A DNA stretch of 32,000 bases from Mycobacterium tuberculosis H37Rv (GTDB taxonomy: Bacteria > Actinomycetota > Actinomycetes > Mycobacteriales > Mycobacteriaceae). Below, piece after piece: positions 17,501 through 27,820 of the stretch. Location of the stretch: positions 2,280,001 to 2,312,000 of the forward strand of contig NC_000962.3 in the NCBI RefSeq assembly GCF_000195955.2, given 5' to 3'. The translations under genes and the position numbers were made by a program. Numbering within the stretch: position 1 is the first letter of the stretch; each line of letters opens with the position of its first letter. The notes beneath the pieces are model-generated. The model did not search any database, was not told where the DNA came from, and saw only the letters and a program-made list of their open reading frames with translations.

Positions 17501-20500
17501 CTGCCAGGAGAACGGGACCAACACCGAACCTTGGCCACGCTCGGCGCTTTCCGCGCTCAACACCACCGCGTGCAAGGCCGCATCCAGCAGCACCGGATGC
17601 ACCCCGAAGCCGGTGACCGAGACCCCGGCATCGGCGGGCAACGCCACCTCCGCGAACACCTCATCACCCCGGCGCCACATCGCGGTCAGTCCCCGAAACG
17701 CCGGCCCGTAGCCGTATCCGCGCTCGGCCAGCTGCTGATAGCCGTCCGCCACCTCAACCGGGACGGCGCCCGCCGGCGGCCACATCGCTAGATCCGCGGT
17801 CGGTTCCGCCGACCCGGCGCGCAGCGCGCCCTCGGCGTGCAACACCCAGCCGGTACCGACGTCACCACGCGAATACACCGACACCCCGCGCACGCCGGAC
17901 TCGTCGGGACCATTGACGACCACCTGAACCGCCACCGAACCGGATGCGGGCAACACCAACGGCGCGGCCAGCGTTAATTCGTCGACAACGCCACAACCCA
18001 CTTCGTCGCCGGCGCGGATCGCCAACTCCACAAATCCCGCTCCCGGGAAGATCGTCACGCCGGCAACGGAGTGGTCGGCCAACCAGCCCTGCACGCTGGG
18101 CGACAGCCGACCCGTCAACACCACCCCGCCCGAGGCCGGCAGATCGATCACCGCGCCCAAGAGCGCGTGCTCACTGGCCGCCAACCCCAAGCCGGCCGCG
18201 TCCGCCGCGACACCATCACCGGACAGCCAAAACCGCCGCCGTTGGAAGGCATACGTCGGCAACTCGACAAACTGCGCCTCGCCTACCACAGCGCGCCAAT
18301 CCAGGTCCATACCGGTGACAAACCCTTGCGCGACGGCGTTGGTCAACGTCGCCGGCTCGGGGCGATCCTTGCGCAGCGCAGACATCGTTGTCACCGCAAC
18401 GTCGGGCAACGACTCTTCGATCGACGCAACAAGGCCACCGCTGGGCCCGACTTCGAGGAATCGGCTGCCTCCGGCCGCCTGCGCGAAGCGCACACTGTCG
18501 GCGAACCGCACGGCTTGCCGGATGTGACGTCGCCAGTAGGCCGCTGATCCGAAATCGTCGCCCGCCAACTGCCCGGTCACGTTGGAGATGACTCCGATGG
18601 TGGGCCGGCCGATGGCGATTCCGGCAGCGACGGCTGCGAATTCGTCGATCATCGGATCCATCAACGGCGAGTGGAACGCGTGGGAAACCGCCAGCTGGTG
18701 GACTCGTCGTCCGTCGGCGCGCAGCTGGTCGGCCACCGCGGCCACGGCGTTTTGTGCACCCGAAATCACCAGTGACGCTGGACCGTTGACCGCAGCGATG
18801 TCAACCTCAGCGCTCAGCAGCGGCCGCACCTCTTCCTCGGCGGCTTGCACGGCGACCATCGCCCCACCGGCCGGCAACGCCTGCATGAGCCGGCCGCGGG
18901 CAGCCACCAACACCGCAGCGTTCTCCAACGACAGGACACCGGCGACATGTGCCGCAGACAACTCACCGATCGAGTGGCCCATGACAAAATCCGGTCGTAC
19001 ACCCCAGGATCCCAGCAACCGGAACAGGGCAACTTCCACCGCGAACAGCGCGGGCTGCGCGAATTCCGTGCTGTTCAGTAGGTTTTCGTCGTGACCCCAC
19101 ATCACTTCGCGCAGTGGGCGCAGCAGATGCCGGTCAAGTTCGCCCACTACGGTGTTGAACGCCTCGGCGAACACCGGGTATCCGGCGTGCAATCCCATTC
19201 CCATGCCCAGCCATTGGGAGCCTTGGCCGGGGAAGACGAACACCGTCTTACCCGCCGCAGTCGCCGTGCCCCGAACAACCGAGCCGCCCAACTGGTCACC
19301 CGCCAGCTCATCGAGCCCGGCCAACAACCGATCACGGTCCCCGCCAACCACCACCGCCCGATGCTCAAAAACCGAACGACCCGCCAACGACCACCCCACA
19401 TCGGCAACATCGAGGCCATCATCGCCACGCACGTACGCGGCCAACCGAGCCGCCTGCCCCCGCAACGCCGACTCCGACTTCGCCGACACCACCCACGGCA
19501 CCACCGGCCCCGCCCAACCAGCCTCCCGCCGCGGCACCACCGGCACCGCCTCGATAATCACATGCGCATTAGTGCCACTAATCCCAAACGACGACACCCC
19601 CGCACGACGCGTCCGAGCACCAGCAGGCCACACCCGCGGCGCGGTCAACAACTCCACCGCCCCCGCCGACCAATCCACATGCGGGCTAGGCACATCCACG
19701 TGCAACGTCGCCGGCAACAGCTCATGGCGCATCGCCAACACCATCTTGATCACCCCGGCCACCCCCGCCGCGGCCTGCGTATGACCCATATTCGACTTCA
19801 CCGACCCCAACCACAAAGGTTCTCCCGGCTCCCCCCGATCTTGCCCATAAGTGGCCAACAACGCCTGAGCCTCAATCGGATCCCCCAACGTGGTCCCGGT
19901 CCCATGCCCCTCCACCACATCCACCTCGGCCGCGCTCAACCCGGCATTGGCCAACGCCGCCCGCACCACCCGCTGCTGCGAAGGACCATTAGGCGCGGTC
20001 AACCCATTCGACGCCCCATCCTGATTAACCGCCGACCCGACCACCACCGCCAACACCGGATGACCCAACCGCCGCGCATCCGAAAGCCGCTGCAGCACCA
20101 ACATCCCACCGCCCTCGGAGAATCCGGTGCCGTCGGCCGCCGCGGCGAATGCCTTGCAGCGCCCGTCCGGGGATAATCCGCGCCAGCGGCTGAATTCCAC
20201 GAAGATGTCGGGTGTGGCGTTGACGGTGACGCCGCCAGCCAGCGCCAGATCGCACTCCCCCGACCGCAGCGATCCCACCGCCATATGCAACGCCACCAAC
20301 GACGACGAACACGCCGTATCCACCGACACCGCCGGACCCTCCAACCCCAGCACATAGGCCACCCGACCCGAGGCGACGCTGGACAATTGGCCGGTCAGCC
20401 GGAAGCCTTCTACCGGCTCGGCGGCGAACATGCCGTAGCCTTGCGTCATTACCCCGGCGAATACCCCGGTGGCGCTGCCGCGCAATCCGGTCGGATCGAT

Positions 20501-23500
20501 ACCGGCCCGCTCCAACGCCTCCCAGGACAACTCCAGCAACATCCGATGCTGTGGATCCATCGCGAGGGCCTCGCTCGGCCCCACCCCGAAGAAGGCGGGG
20601 TCGAAGTCGCCGACCCCGTCCACAAAGCCGCCGGTGCGGGTGTAGCACGCACCCGCGGCGTCGGGGTCGGGGTTGTATAGCCCGGCCAGGTCCCACCCGC
20701 GGTCCGCCGGGAATTCGGAGAGCACGTCGCGGCCCTGGATCAGCATGTCCCACATGTCGTCCGGGGAATTCACCCCGCCGGGATAGCGGCACGCCATGCC
20801 CACGATCGCGATCGGATCCTCGCTCGTGGTGCGTACCGCGGGTGTGTGCTTGATTTCCTGTGGGAGGCCGGCAAGTTCGGTGCGGATATAGGAGGCCAGC
20901 CGATTGGGTGTCGGGTAGTCGAAGATGAGCGTGGGTGAAAGTGAAAGGCCGGTGGCGGATTTGAGCCGGTTACGCATTTCGACCGCGGTCAACGAGTCAA
21001 AACCCAGGTCCTGGAACGCCTTGTCGGGGTCGATGGCTTCTGGCGTGATGTTGCCCAGCACGGTGGCGATGTGCAAACGCACCAGGCCTAGCAAGACGGC
21101 GTGCTGTTCGGCTTCGGGCAGCCCGTGCAGGCGATGCGCGAGCGCCGATTTCGACTTTGCGGCGGCCACGGAGTCGTCGACCTGACGGCGGGTCGGCGCG
21201 CTGGCTAGGTCGGAGAACATGGGCGGCACCGCCACCGCATGGGCTCGCAGTGCGGTGAGGTCAATGCGGGCGGGCGCCAGGAATGGCTCGTCGACGATCA
21301 TTGCGGTGTCGAACAGTTCCAGCGCCTCAGCGGTGGACAGCGCCAGCACCCCTTCACGACCCAGCCGGGCCAGGTCTGCGGCGTCCAGGCCGCCGGTCAT
21401 GGCGCTGGCCTGATCCCACAGACCCCAGCCCAGGGAGATGGCCGGCAGCCCATGGGCCCGCCGGTGGGCGGCCAGCGCATCCAAAAACGAATTGGCGGCC
21501 GCATAGTTGGCCTGGCCCGACGATCCGACCAGCCCGGCCATCGACGAAAACATGACAAACGCCGACACATCCAGGTCGCGAGTCAACTCGTGCAGGTGCC
21601 ACGCCGCGTCCACCTTGGACCGCAACACCACATCCACCCGATCCGGTGTCAGTGACATCACCACCGCGTCGTCGAGTGCGCCGGCGGTGTGGATCACGCC
21701 CGACAATGGATGCTGAACCGGAATATCGGCGATCACCTTGGCCAACGCCGCTCGATCCGCCGCGTCACAGGCCACCACCTGTACCTGCGCACCGGCGGCG
21801 GCCAACTCGGCCACCAGCTCCGCAGCCCCGGGAGCATCCGGGCCGCGCCGGCTCACCAACACCAGATTGCGCACCCCATGACGAGCCACCACGTGACGGG
21901 CCACCGCCGAACCCGCCATCCCGGTGCCACCGGTGATCAACACCGTGCCCGCCGCCCACGAGCCGGGCATCAGCATGACGACCTTGCCGGTGTGGCGCGC
22001 CTGGCTCAGATAACGCAACGCCGCAGGCGCGCGCCGCACGTCAAAAGTGGTGACCGGCAACGGCCGCAGCACCCCATCGCCGAACAGCGTGGCGAGCTCC
22101 AGCATGTACTGATGCATCCGGGGACGTCCCGGTTCGAATAGGTCGAAGGCGCGGTAGCGCACGCCCGGGTACTGCTGGGCGATCACGCCGGGGTCGCGGA
22201 TGTCGGTCTTGCCCATCTCCAAGAACACCCCACCCGGTGCCACCAGACGCAGCGACGCATCCACGAATTCACCGGCCAGCGAGTCCAACACCACGTCGAA
22301 CCCTCGACCGCCAGTGGCCGCGCGGAACTTGTCCTCGAACTCTAGGCTACGTGAATCGGATATGTGGTCGTCGTCAAAGCCCATGGCGCGCAAGGTGTCC
22401 CACTTACCCTTGCTCGCGGTCGCGAACACCTCCAACCCCAGATGCCGAGCCAGCTGCACCGCCGCCATGCCCACCCCGCCGGTGCCGGCATGGATCAACA
22501 CGCGCTGGCCCGGTTGTACGTCGGCCAAATGTATGAATGCGTAGTACGCGGTGGTGAAGACAGCCGAGATGGCGGCGGCTTCGGCGTAGGACCAGTCGGC
22601 GGGCATCGGCAGCAGCAGCCGGACGTCGCCGGCCACCAGGGTGCCGCTGCCGTCGGGGAAGAATCCGAACACCGAATCACCGACCGAGAATTCGGTGACA
22701 CCGGGGCCGACCTCGACGACCACGCCCGCGCCTTCGCCGCCGAGCAGCGCGTCGTGGGTGAACATGCCTAGGGTGATCATGATGTCGCGGAAGTTCGCGG
22801 CGATGGCGCGCATGGCCACCCGGACCTGGCCGGGCCCCAACGGTGCGTCGGCGTTGGGAACCGGCTCGAGCCGCAGATTTTCGAAGGTGCCCGCGCTGCC
22901 CAGACCCAACCGCCATGGCCCATCGCCCGGCGGCACCAAGATGGCATCCGCCGCGCGGCTGCCGCGCACGCGCGCGGTGTACACCTGTCCGCCCCGCAGC
23001 ACTACCTGCGGCTCGCCAGTCGCCAACGCCATCGCGATCGCCGCGTCGTCGGTGGCCGCATCGGAATCGACCAGCACGATCCGGCCCGGATGCTCGGTCT
23101 GCGCCGACCGCACCAGCCCCCACACGGCCGCGCCCGCCAGATCGGCGACGTCTTCGCGGGGCAGCGCCATCGCGCCCCGGGTCGCCACCACCAGCACCCC
23201 GGATTCATGGTCGGTCAGCCACGACTGCACTGCGGCCAGAGCCTGGTGGCTGCGCACGTAGCTGCCGGCTACCGGATCTTGGTCAGCCGCAACCGATTCA
23301 AAGATCTGGTAGGCGGGGGTAGGCCCCGGGGACGTGGCCGCCGACGCGGGCGACCAGATCACTTCGAACAGCCGGTCGGGACCCGAGCCCGACACCGCCG
23401 CCAGCAGCTGCCGCTCGGTCACCGGGCGGGCCACCATCGAGGCCACCGACAATACCGGCAGACCCAGCCCGTCCGCCAACTCCACCGACACCGCCGACGG

Positions 23501-26500
23501 CCCCGCCGGCGCGATCCGGGCCCGCACCGCCGAGGCCCCCGTGGCATGCAACGACACGCCCTGCCAAGCGAACGGCAATGCGAGTTCGTCCGGGTCGCCG
23601 GCGATCACGACCGCATGCAAGACGGCGTCCAACAAAGCCGGATGCACACCGAACCCACCGACTCCCCCGGCCGCCTCCGGCAGCCTCACCTCGGCGAATA
23701 TTTCCTCGCCGCGGGCCCACATCGCGGTCAGCCCGCGAAACGCCGGTCCGTACCGGTAGCCGCGTGTCGCCAACCGCTCATAGCCATCGGCCACGTCCAC
23801 CGTCACGGCACCTGCCGGTGGCCACACCGATAGGTCCGCGCCTGGTTCAACCGACCCGGGCCGCAGGATACCCTCGGCATGCAAAAGCCAGCCCGCTTGC
23901 GCGTCAGCTCGGGAAAATATCGACACACCACGGGAATTCGAATCCCGGCCAGCGTCGACTACCACCTGCACCGCAACGGAGCCGGTGGCGGGCAACAGCA
24001 GGGGTGCGGCCAGCGTCAGCTCGTCAAGCACCGAGCAGCCGACTTCGTCGCCGGCGCGGATCGCCAGCTCCACGAATCCGGTGCCCGGGAACAGCACCAC
24101 GTCTGAAACGGCGTGGTCGGCCAACCACGGCTGCACGTTGGGCGACAACCGACCCGTCAACACCACCCCGCCGGAGGCGGGCAGGTCGACCACCGCGCCC
24201 AGCAACGGGTGTTCGCTCGCACCCAACCCCAAACCGGATACGTCGGCGCCTGAGCCCTCGGCCGAGAGCCAAAACCGGCGCTTGTCAAAGGCATACGTCG
24301 GCAGCTCCACATAGCCCGCTCCGTCCAGCGTGCCCCGCCAGTTCACAGCCACCCCCGCCACAAACGCGGACGCCGCCGAGAGCAGGAATCGGTGCAGCCC
24401 ACCATCTCCACGCCCCAGCGTGGGGACGACAATGGCCTCGCTGTCACCGTCGGTGCACGCGGCGAATGTTTCCTCGACACCGGTAATCAACGCCGGATGC
24501 GGGCTGGATTCGATGAACGTGCGGTAGCCCTGCTCGCAGGCGTTGCGCACCGCCTGGTCGAATAGCACGGTCTGGCGGACGTTGCGGTACCAGTAGTCGG
24601 CGTCCAAACCAGCTGTATCCAAACGATTTCCGGTCACCGTAGAGAAGAAGACGGTACGCGTGGATCGCGGTTCGATGCCGGACAGAGCTTCGGCGAGTGG
24701 GCCACGGATCGCCTCGACCTCCACCGAATGCGAGGCATAGTCCACCTCGATCCGGCGGGTCCGCAGTTCCTTGGTGGAGCACACCGCGATCAGCTCCTCC
24801 AGCGCGCCCACTTCGCCCGACACCACCACCGCCGAGGGGCCGTTGACGACGGCGATGCTGACCCGATCGCCGAAGGGCGCCAACAAATCCCGCGCCTGGT
24901 CGGCACCGCACGCGATGGACACCATGCCGCCCGGGCCGGCCAGTCCGGCCAGCAACTTGCTGCGCAGCGTGACCACCCGTGCGGCGTCGCGCAGCGACAG
25001 CGCGCCGGCAACGTAGGCGGCAGCGATCTCGCCTTGCGAATGACCGATCACCGCATCCGGATGCACTGCGACCGACTTCCACAGCTCGGCCAGTGACACC
25101 ATCACCGCGAACAGCACGGGCTGCACCACATCCACGCGATCCAGTCCCGGTGCACCGGGGGCGCCACGCAGCACGTCCACCAGCGACCAGTCGACAAATT
25201 CCGCGAACGCCTCGGCACACGCGTCGATCTGCTGCGCGAATGCCGGTGCGGTATCGAGCAGTTCGATTCCCATGCCCAGCCATTGGGAGCCTTGGCCGGG
25301 GAAGACGAACACCGTCTTACCCGCCGCAGTCGCCGTGCCCCGAACAACCGAGCCGCCCAACTGGTCACCCGCCAGCTCATCGAGCCCGGCCAACAACCGA
25401 TCACGGTCCCCGCCAACCACCACCGCCCGATGCTCAAAAACCGAACGACCCGCCAACGACCACCCCACATCGGCAACATCGAGGCCATCATCGCCACGCA
25501 CGTACGCGGCCAACCGAGCCGCCTGCCCCCGCAACGCCGACTCCGACTTCGCCGACACCACCCACGGCACCACCGGCCCCGCCCAACCAGCCTCCCGCCG
25601 CGGCACCACCGGCACCGCCTCGATAATCACATGCGCATTAGTGCCACTAATCCCAAACGACGACACCCCCGCACGACGCGTCCGAGCACCAGCAGGCCAC
25701 ACCCGCGGCGCGGTCAACAACTCCACCGCCCCCGCCGACCAATCCACATGCGGGCTAGGCACATCCACGTGCAACGTCGCCGGCAACAGCTCATGGCGCA
25801 TCGCCAACACCATCTTGATCACCCCGGCCACCCCCGCCGCGGCCTGCGTATGACCCATATTCGACTTCACCGACCCCAACCACAAAGGTTCTCCCGGCTC
25901 CCCCCGATCTTGCCCATAAGTGGCCAACAACGCCTGAGCCTCAATCGGATCCCCCAACGTGGTCCCGGTCCCATGCCCCTCCACCACATCCACCTCGGCC
26001 GCGCTCAACCCGGCATTGGCCAACGCCGCCCGCACCACCCGCTGCTGCGAAGGACCATTAGGCGCGGTCAACCCATTCGACGCCCCATCCTGATTAACCG
26101 CCGACCCGACCACCACCGCCAACACCGGATGACCCAACCGCCGCGCATCCGAAAGCCGCTGCAGCACCAACATCCCACCGCCCTCGGACCAGCCGACCCC
26201 ATCAGCCCGCCCGGCGTAAGGCTTGCACCGGCCGTCGGGTGCCAGCCCACGATGCCTGCTGAATTCCACGAAGACCGTCGGTGTGGCGTTGACGGTGACG
26301 CCGCCAGCCAGCGCCAGATCGCACTCCCCCGACCGCAGCGATCCCACCGCCATATGCAACGCCACCAACGACGACGAACACGCCGTATCCACCGACACCG
26401 CCGGACCCTCCAACCCCAGCACATAGGCCACCCGACCCGAGGCGACGCTGGAGGTCATCCCGGTCAGCCGGTAGCCCTCGATCTCCTCGGCCAACATTCC

Positions 26501-26986
26501 GTAGCCGCCGACGATGAGCCCGGCGAATACCCCGGTGGCGCTGCCGCGCAATCCGGTCGGATCGATACCGGCCCGCTCCAACGCCTCCCAGGACAACTCC
26601 AGCAACATCCGATGCTGTGGATCCATCGCTAACGCCTCGCTGGGCGAAATACCGAAGAACGCGGGATCGAAATCCGCGACGCCATCCACGAAGCCCCCAG
26701 TGCGCGCGTACGACTTATGGCGCACGTCGGGATCCGGGTCGAACAACCCGGCCAGATCCCACCCACGGTCGGTGGGAAATTCTGACATCACGTCCCTGGC
26801 GTCGGCCACCATCTGCCACAGCCCTTCCGGGGAATCGACGCCCCCCGGGAAGCGACACGACATGCCCACGATCGCGATCGGCTCGCTCGAGCGCTCCAGC
26901 AACGCACGGTTGGTGCGCTTCAGGCGTTCCACCTGGACCAGCGCTTTGCGCAGCGCTTCGGTCGCATGCTGGAGTTGATCAACCAT
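14531..26986 (-). CDS. pks12: Pks12 (Rv2048c), bimodular type I polyketide synthase for mycoketide
   Basis: 4151 aa single ORF with two KS-AT-DH-ER-KR-ACP modules. KS active sites [15 protein letters not shown] (Cys203, Cys2226), AT GHSQG and [67 protein letters not shown] (Ser1998, Ser4030). No thioesterase. Confidence 0.98.
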   Translation of the reverse strand: MVDQLQHATEALRKALVQVERLKRTNRALLERSSEPIAIVGMSCRFPGGVDSPEGLWQMVADARDVMSEFPTDRGWDLAGLFDPDPDVRHKSYARTGGFVDGVADFDPAFFGISPSEALAMDPQHRMLLELSWEALERAGIDPTGLRGSATGVFAGLIVGGYGMLAEEIEGYRLTGMTSSVASGRVAYVLGLEGPAVSVDTACSSSLVALHMAVGSLRSGECDLALAGGVTVNATPTVFVEFSRHRGLAPDGRCKPYAGRADGVGWSEGGGMLVLQRLSDARRLGHPVLAVVVGSAVNQDGASNGLTAPNGPSQQRVVRAALANAGLSAAEVDVVEGHGTGTTLGDPIEAQALLATYGQDRGEPGEPLWLGSVKSNMGHTQAAAGVAGVIKMVLAMRHELLPATLHVDVPSPHVDWSAGAVELLTAPRVWPAGARTRRAGVSSFGISGTNAHVIIEAVPVVPRREAGWAGPVVPWVVSAKSESALRGQAARLAAYVRGDDGLDVADVGWSLAGRSVFEHRAVVVGGDRDRLLAGLDELAGDQLGGSVVRGTATAAGKTVFVFPGQGSQWLGMGIELLDTAPAFAQQIDACAEAFAEFVDWSLVDVLRGAPGAPGLDRVDVVQPVLFAVMVSLAELWKSVAVHPDAVIGHSQGEIAAAYVAGALSLRDAARVVTLRSKLLAGLAGPGGMVSIACGADQARDLLAPFGDRVSIAVVNGPSAVVVSGEVGALEELIAVCSTKELRTRRIEVDYASHSVEVEAIRGPLAEALSGIEPRSTRTVFFSTVTGNRLDTAGLDADYWYRNVRQTVLFDQAVRNACEQGYRTFIESSPHPALITGVEETFAACTDGDSEAIVVPTLGRGDGGLHRFLLSAASAFVAGVAVNWRGTLDGAGYVELPTYAFDKRRFWLSAEGSGADVSGLGLGASEHPLLGAVVDLPASGGVVLTGRLSPNVQPWLADHAVSDVVLFPGTGFVELAIRAGDEVGCSVLDELTLAAPLLLPATGSVAVQVVVDAGRDSNSRGVSIFSRADAQAGWLLHAEGILRPGSVEPGADLSVWPPAGAVTVDVADGYERLATRGYRYGPAFRGLTAMWARGEEIFAEVRLPEAAGGVGGFGVHPALLDAVLHAVVIAGDPDELALPFAWQGVSLHATGASAVRARIAPAGPSAVSVELADGLGLPVLSVASMVARPVTERQLLAAVSGSGPDRLFEVIWSPASAATSPGPTPAYQIFESVAADQDPVAGSYVRSHQALAAVQSWLTDHESGVLVVATRGAMALPREDVADLAGAAVWGLVRSAQTEHPGRIVLVDSDAATDDAAIAMALATGEPQVVLRGGQVYTARVRGSRAADAILVPPGDGPWRLGLGSAGTFENLRLEPVPNADAPLGPGQVRVAMRAIAANFRDIMITLGMFTHDALLGGEGAGVVVEVGPGVTEFSVGDSVFGFFPDGSGTLVAGDVRLLLPMPADWSYAEAAAISAVFTTAYYAFIHLADVQPGQRVLIHAGTGGVGMAAVQLARHLGLEVFATASKGKWDTLRAMGFDDDHISDSRSLEFEDKFRAATGGRGFDVVLDSLAGEFVDASLRLVAPGGVFLEMGKTDIRDPGVIAQQYPGVRYRAFDLFEPGRPRMHQYMLELATLFGDGVLRPLPVTTFDVRRAPAALRYLSQARHTGKVVMLMPGSWAAGTVLITGGTGMAGSAVARHVVARHGVRNLVLVSRRGPDAPGAAELVAELAAAGAQVQVVACDAADRAALAKVIADIPVQHPLSGVIHTAGALDDAVVMSLTPDRVDVVLRSKVDAAWHLHELTRDLDVSAFVMFSSMAGLVGSSGQANYAAANSFLDALAAHRRAHGLPAISLGWGLWDQASAMTGGLDAADLARLGREGVLALSTAEALELFDTAMIVDEPFLAPARIDLTALRAHAVAVPPMFSDLASAPTRRQVDDSVAAAKSKSALAHRLHGLPEAEQHAVLLGLVRLHIATVLGNITPEAIDPDKAFQDLGFDSLTAVEMRNRLKSATGLSLSPTLIFDYPTPNRLASYIRTELAGLPQEIKHTPAVRTTSEDPIAIVGMACRYPGGVNSPDDMWDMLIQGRDVLSEFPADRGWDLAGLYNPDPDAAGACYTRTGGFVDGVGDFDPAFFGVGPSEALAMDPQHRMLLELSWEALERAGIDPTGLRGSATGVFAGVMTQGYGMFAAEPVEGFRLTGQLSSVASGRVAYVLGLEGPAVSVDTACSSSLVALHMAVGSLRSGECDLALAGGVTVNATPDIFVEFSRWRGLSPDGRCKAFAAAADGTGFSEGGGMLVLQRLSDARRLGHPVLAVVVGSAVNQDGASNGLTAPNGPSQQRVVRAALANAGLSAAEVDVVEGHGTGTTLGDPIEAQALLATYGQDRGEPGEPLWLGSVKSNMGHTQAAAGVAGVIKMVLAMRHELLPATLHVDVPSPHVDWSAGAVELLTAPRVWPAGARTRRAGVSSFGISGTNAHVIIEAVPVVPRREAGWAGPVVPWVVSAKSESALRGQAARLAAYVRGDDGLDVADVGWSLAGRSVFEHRAVVVGGDRDRLLAGLDELAGDQLGGSVVRGTATAAGKTVFVFPGQGSQWLGMGMGLHAGYPVFAEAFNTVVGELDRHLLRPLREVMWGHDENLLNSTEFAQPALFAVEVALFRLLGSWGVRPDFVMGHSIGELSAAHVAGVLSLENAAVLVAARGRLMQALPAGGAMVAVQAAEEEVRPLLSAEVDIAAVNGPASLVISGAQNAVAAVADQLRADGRRVHQLAVSHAFHSPLMDPMIDEFAAVAAGIAIGRPTIGVISNVTGQLAGDDFGSAAYWRRHIRQAVRFADSVRFAQAAGGSRFLEVGPSGGLVASIEESLPDVAVTTMSALRKDRPEPATLTNAVAQGFVTGMDLDWRAVVGEAQFVELPTYAFQRRRFWLSGDGVAADAAGLGLAASEHALLGAVIDLPASGGVVLTGRLSPSVQGWLADHSVAGVTIFPGAGFVELAIRAGDEVGCGVVDELTLAAPLVLPASGSVAVQVVVNGPDESGVRGVSVYSRGDVGTGWVLHAEGALRAGSAEPTADLAMWPPAGAVPVEVADGYQQLAERGYGYGPAFRGLTAMWRRGDEVFAEVALPADAGVSVTGFGVHPVLLDAALHAVVLSAESAERGQGSVLVPFSWQGVSLHAAGASAVRARIAPVGPSAVSIELADGLGLPVLSVASMLARPVTDQQLRAAVSSSGPDRLFEVTWSPQPSAAVEPLPVCAWGTTEDSAAVVFESVPLAGDVVAGVYAATSSVLDVLQSWLTRDGAGVLVVMTRGAVALPGEDVTDLAGAAVWGLVRSAQTEHPGRIVLVDSDAPLDDSALAAVVTTGEPQVLWRRGEVYTARVHGSRAVGGLLVPPSDRPWRLAMSTAGTFENLRLELIPDADAPLGPGQVRVAVSAIAANFRDVMIALGLYPDPDAVMGVEACGVVIETSLNKGSFAVGDRVMGLFPEGTGTVASTDQRLLVKVPAGWSHTAAATTSVVFATAHYALVDLAAARSGQRVLIHAGTGGVGMAAVQLARHLGLEVFATASKGKWDTLRAMGFDDDHISDSRSLEFEDKFRAATGGRGFDVVLDSLAGEFVDASLRLVAPGGVFLEMGKTDIRDPGVIAQQYPGVRYRAFDLFEPGPDRIAQILAELATLFGDGVLRPLPVTTFDVRCAPAALRYLSQARHTGKVVMLMPGSWAAGTVLITGGTGMAGSAVARHVVARHGVRNLVLVSRRGPDAPGAAELVAELAAAGAQVQVVACDAADRAALAKVIADIPVQHPLSGVIHTAGALDDAVVMSLTPDRVDVVLRSKVDAAWHLHELTRDLDVSAFVMFSSMAGLVGSSGQANYAAANSFLDALAAHRRAHGLPAISLGWGLWDQASAMTGGLATVDFKRFARDGIVAMSSADALQLFDTAMIVDEPFMLPAHIDFAALKVKFDGGTLPPMFVDLINAPTRRQVDDSLAAAKSKSALLQRLEGLPEDEQHAVLLDLVRSHIATVLGSASPEAIDPDRAFQELGFDSLTAVEMRNRLKSATGLALSPTLIFDYPNSAALAGYMRRELLGSSPQDTSAVAAGEAELQRIVASIPVKRLRQAGVLDLLLALANETETSGQDPALAPTAEQEIADMDLDDLVNAAFRNDDE
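14534..14740 (-). other. Pks12 C-terminal docking region, no TE domain
   Basis: After ACP2 only [70 protein letters not shown] remains. Confidence 0.7.
15295..16422 (-). repeat. Intragenic direct repeat A, copy in module 2 (ER C-terminal half plus most of KR)
   Basis: Read base by base against 21385-22512 (offset 6090): only substitutions seen at 15692 and 15943 plus a small divergent island around 16010-16036. Confidence 0.93.
19197..20119 (-). repeat. Intragenic direct repeat B, copy in module 2 (KS C-terminal part, KS-AT linker, first residues of AT)
   Basis: No differences seen by eye against 25266-26188 (offset 6069). Encoded proteins are identical from [14 protein letters not shown]... 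to ...[12 protein letters not shown]. Confidence 0.93.
20211..20383 (-). repeat. Intragenic direct repeat C, copy in module 2 (KS active-site segment)
   Basis: 173 bp, no difference seen by eye against 26280-26452 (offset 6069). Confidence 0.88.
21385..22512 (-). repeat. Intragenic direct repeat A, copy in module 1
   Basis: Partner of 15295-16422. The ORF track also shows matching shadow ORFs at an offset of 6090 (15417/21507, 16110/22200). Confidence 0.93.
25266..26188 (-). repeat. Intragenic direct repeat B, copy in module 1
   Basis: Partner of 19197-20119. Confidence 0.93.
26280..26452 (-). repeat. Intragenic direct repeat C, copy in module 1
   Basis: Partner of 20211-20383. Confidence 0.88.
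26887..26986 (-). other. Pks12 N-terminal coiled-coil docking region
   Basis: [31 protein letters not shown], heptad-like amphipathic helix directly before the KS. Confidence 0.8.
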
Positions 26987-26989
26987 TAC

Positions 26990-27020
26990 TAACCTCGCCT
27001 AACTCTCGCTAATATTGGCC
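26990..27020. promoter_or_regulatory. Short ~10 bp-period elements upstream of pks12: CTAACCTCGC / CTAACTCTCG / CTAATATTGG
   Basis: Three near-tandem units starting at 26990, 27000 and 27010. On the minus strand the unit closest to the ATG supplies a GGCGAGG Shine-Dalgarno-like sequence. Confidence 0.4.
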
Positions 27021-27292
27021 GTCGCCGACCGCCGGATGCGGCTCCCGCCGAGTCACCGAAGTTGCTGCACAAAACGACGCCGTCGTACGGCGCTCTGGCG
27101 CAAGTTCGCTGGTGAGTATTGCCAACTCCGGCAGGATTTCAAAGCGTCCAATACTCCCTGGGCACCAGTGCGCCCGTGCAAAGCCTGCCGTCCATGGCGC
27201 GACTGTACCCGCCCGCCCGTCAACGCCGGATGGGCGCATGTCAATGCGGTGCTAGCGGTGGTCTTCACAACACAGCCGCACGAATGCAGCGA

Positions 27293-27655
27293 CTAGGCGC
27301 CGGCTCGGCGCCACCCATCGGCAGCCCTGGCGGCCCGGATCAGCTCGTCGCACAGATCGCGCAGTTCGGTCGCCGCGGCTCCTTCGTCGAGCGCGGTGAC
27401 GACATCCTCGGCGGCGCATCGCACCTGGTAAACACGATCCGACAGATCGGCCGCGTCGTCGGCTGACAACACGACCGCATCGGCGGGCAGCGCCCTCACC
27501 TCACCCCGGGTCAGCATGGCGCGCTGCTCGTAAGCCCGCTGCCGGCAAGACTGCCGGCAATACCGGCGGCGACGGCCCATGCCGACGTCGGTCACGTCAC
27601 GGCCACACCACCCGCACGGCTGCGGACGGGCACGACGAGTCATGCCTGCAGACAT
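27293..27655 (-). CDS. Small protein with an N-terminal zinc-ribbon-like motif (Rv2049c, proposed long form of 120 aa)
   Basis: MSAGMTRRARPQPCGWCGRDVTDVGMGRRRRYCRQSCRQRAYEQRAMLTRGEVR...: CxxC...CxxxC followed by RQRAYEQR. The short form from MLTRGEVR would span 27293-27514 (73 aa). Confidence 0.8.
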   Translation of the reverse strand: MSAGMTRRARPQPCGWCGRDVTDVGMGRRRRYCRQSCRQRAYEQRAMLTRGEVRALPADAVVLSADDAADLSDRVYQVRCAAEDVVTALDEGAAATELRDLCDELIRAARAADGWRRAGA

Positions 27656-27805
27656 TAGTCCGCCCGGGTGTCCGATCCCGGTATCATTGATGGTCGCGCC
27701 GCGCGCGTCGCGTGCCGGGAACTACGCAGACGGCCGCAGCGTTTGCCAACCGGAGCCAGTCGCCAGTACGCAACCTACCAGCAGAGCCCAGGGCTCACAG
27801 GACCT

Positions 27806-27812
27806 AAAGGAG
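27806..27812 (+). promoter_or_regulatory. Ribosome-binding site for rbpA
   Basis: AAAGGAG, 8 nt upstream of ATG 27821. Confidence 0.8.
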
Positions 27813-27820
27813 TAGCGCCC

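Larger units (their letters stand above)
14780..20820 (-). other. Pks12 module 2 (approximate): KS ~19549-20820, AT ~18370-19249, DH ~17330-18165, ER ~16000-16800, KR ~15200-15960, ACP ~14830-15060
   Basis: Motif positions in the ORF. AT carries HAFH (18671-18682), predicting malonyl-CoA. Boundaries approximate. Confidence 0.8.
20850..26884 (-). other. Pks12 module 1 (approximate): KS ~25618-26884, AT ~24440-25318, DH ~23370-24216, ER ~22080-22880, KR ~21245-21960, ACP ~20900-21190
   Basis: Motif positions in the ORF. AT carries YASH (24728-24739), predicting methylmalonyl-CoA. Boundaries approximate. Confidence 0.8.

Noticed and set aside
19999-20792. 255 aa and other minus-strand alternative-frame ORFs within pks12
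   Set aside because: Out-of-frame Gly/Arg-rich readings of PKS coding sequence with no domain logic.
25283-26632. 449 aa plus-strand ORF antisense to pks12 (and its relative at 19091-20176)
   Set aside because: Arg/His/Pro-rich shadow frame. It appears twice only because it lies over the duplicated KS/linker block.
14531-26986. Possibility that the duplicated blocks in pks12 are an assembly artefact
   Set aside because: AT, DH and ER N-terminal portions between the blocks are distinct and functionally complementary, the ORF is intact, and the 4151 aa length matches known Pks12.
27009-27239. 76 aa minus-strand ORF between pks12 and Rv2049c, and the 93 aa plus-strand ORF at 27015-27296
   Set aside because: No recognisable motif and no clear RBS. 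More likely non-coding leader, though conservation analysis would be needed to be sure.
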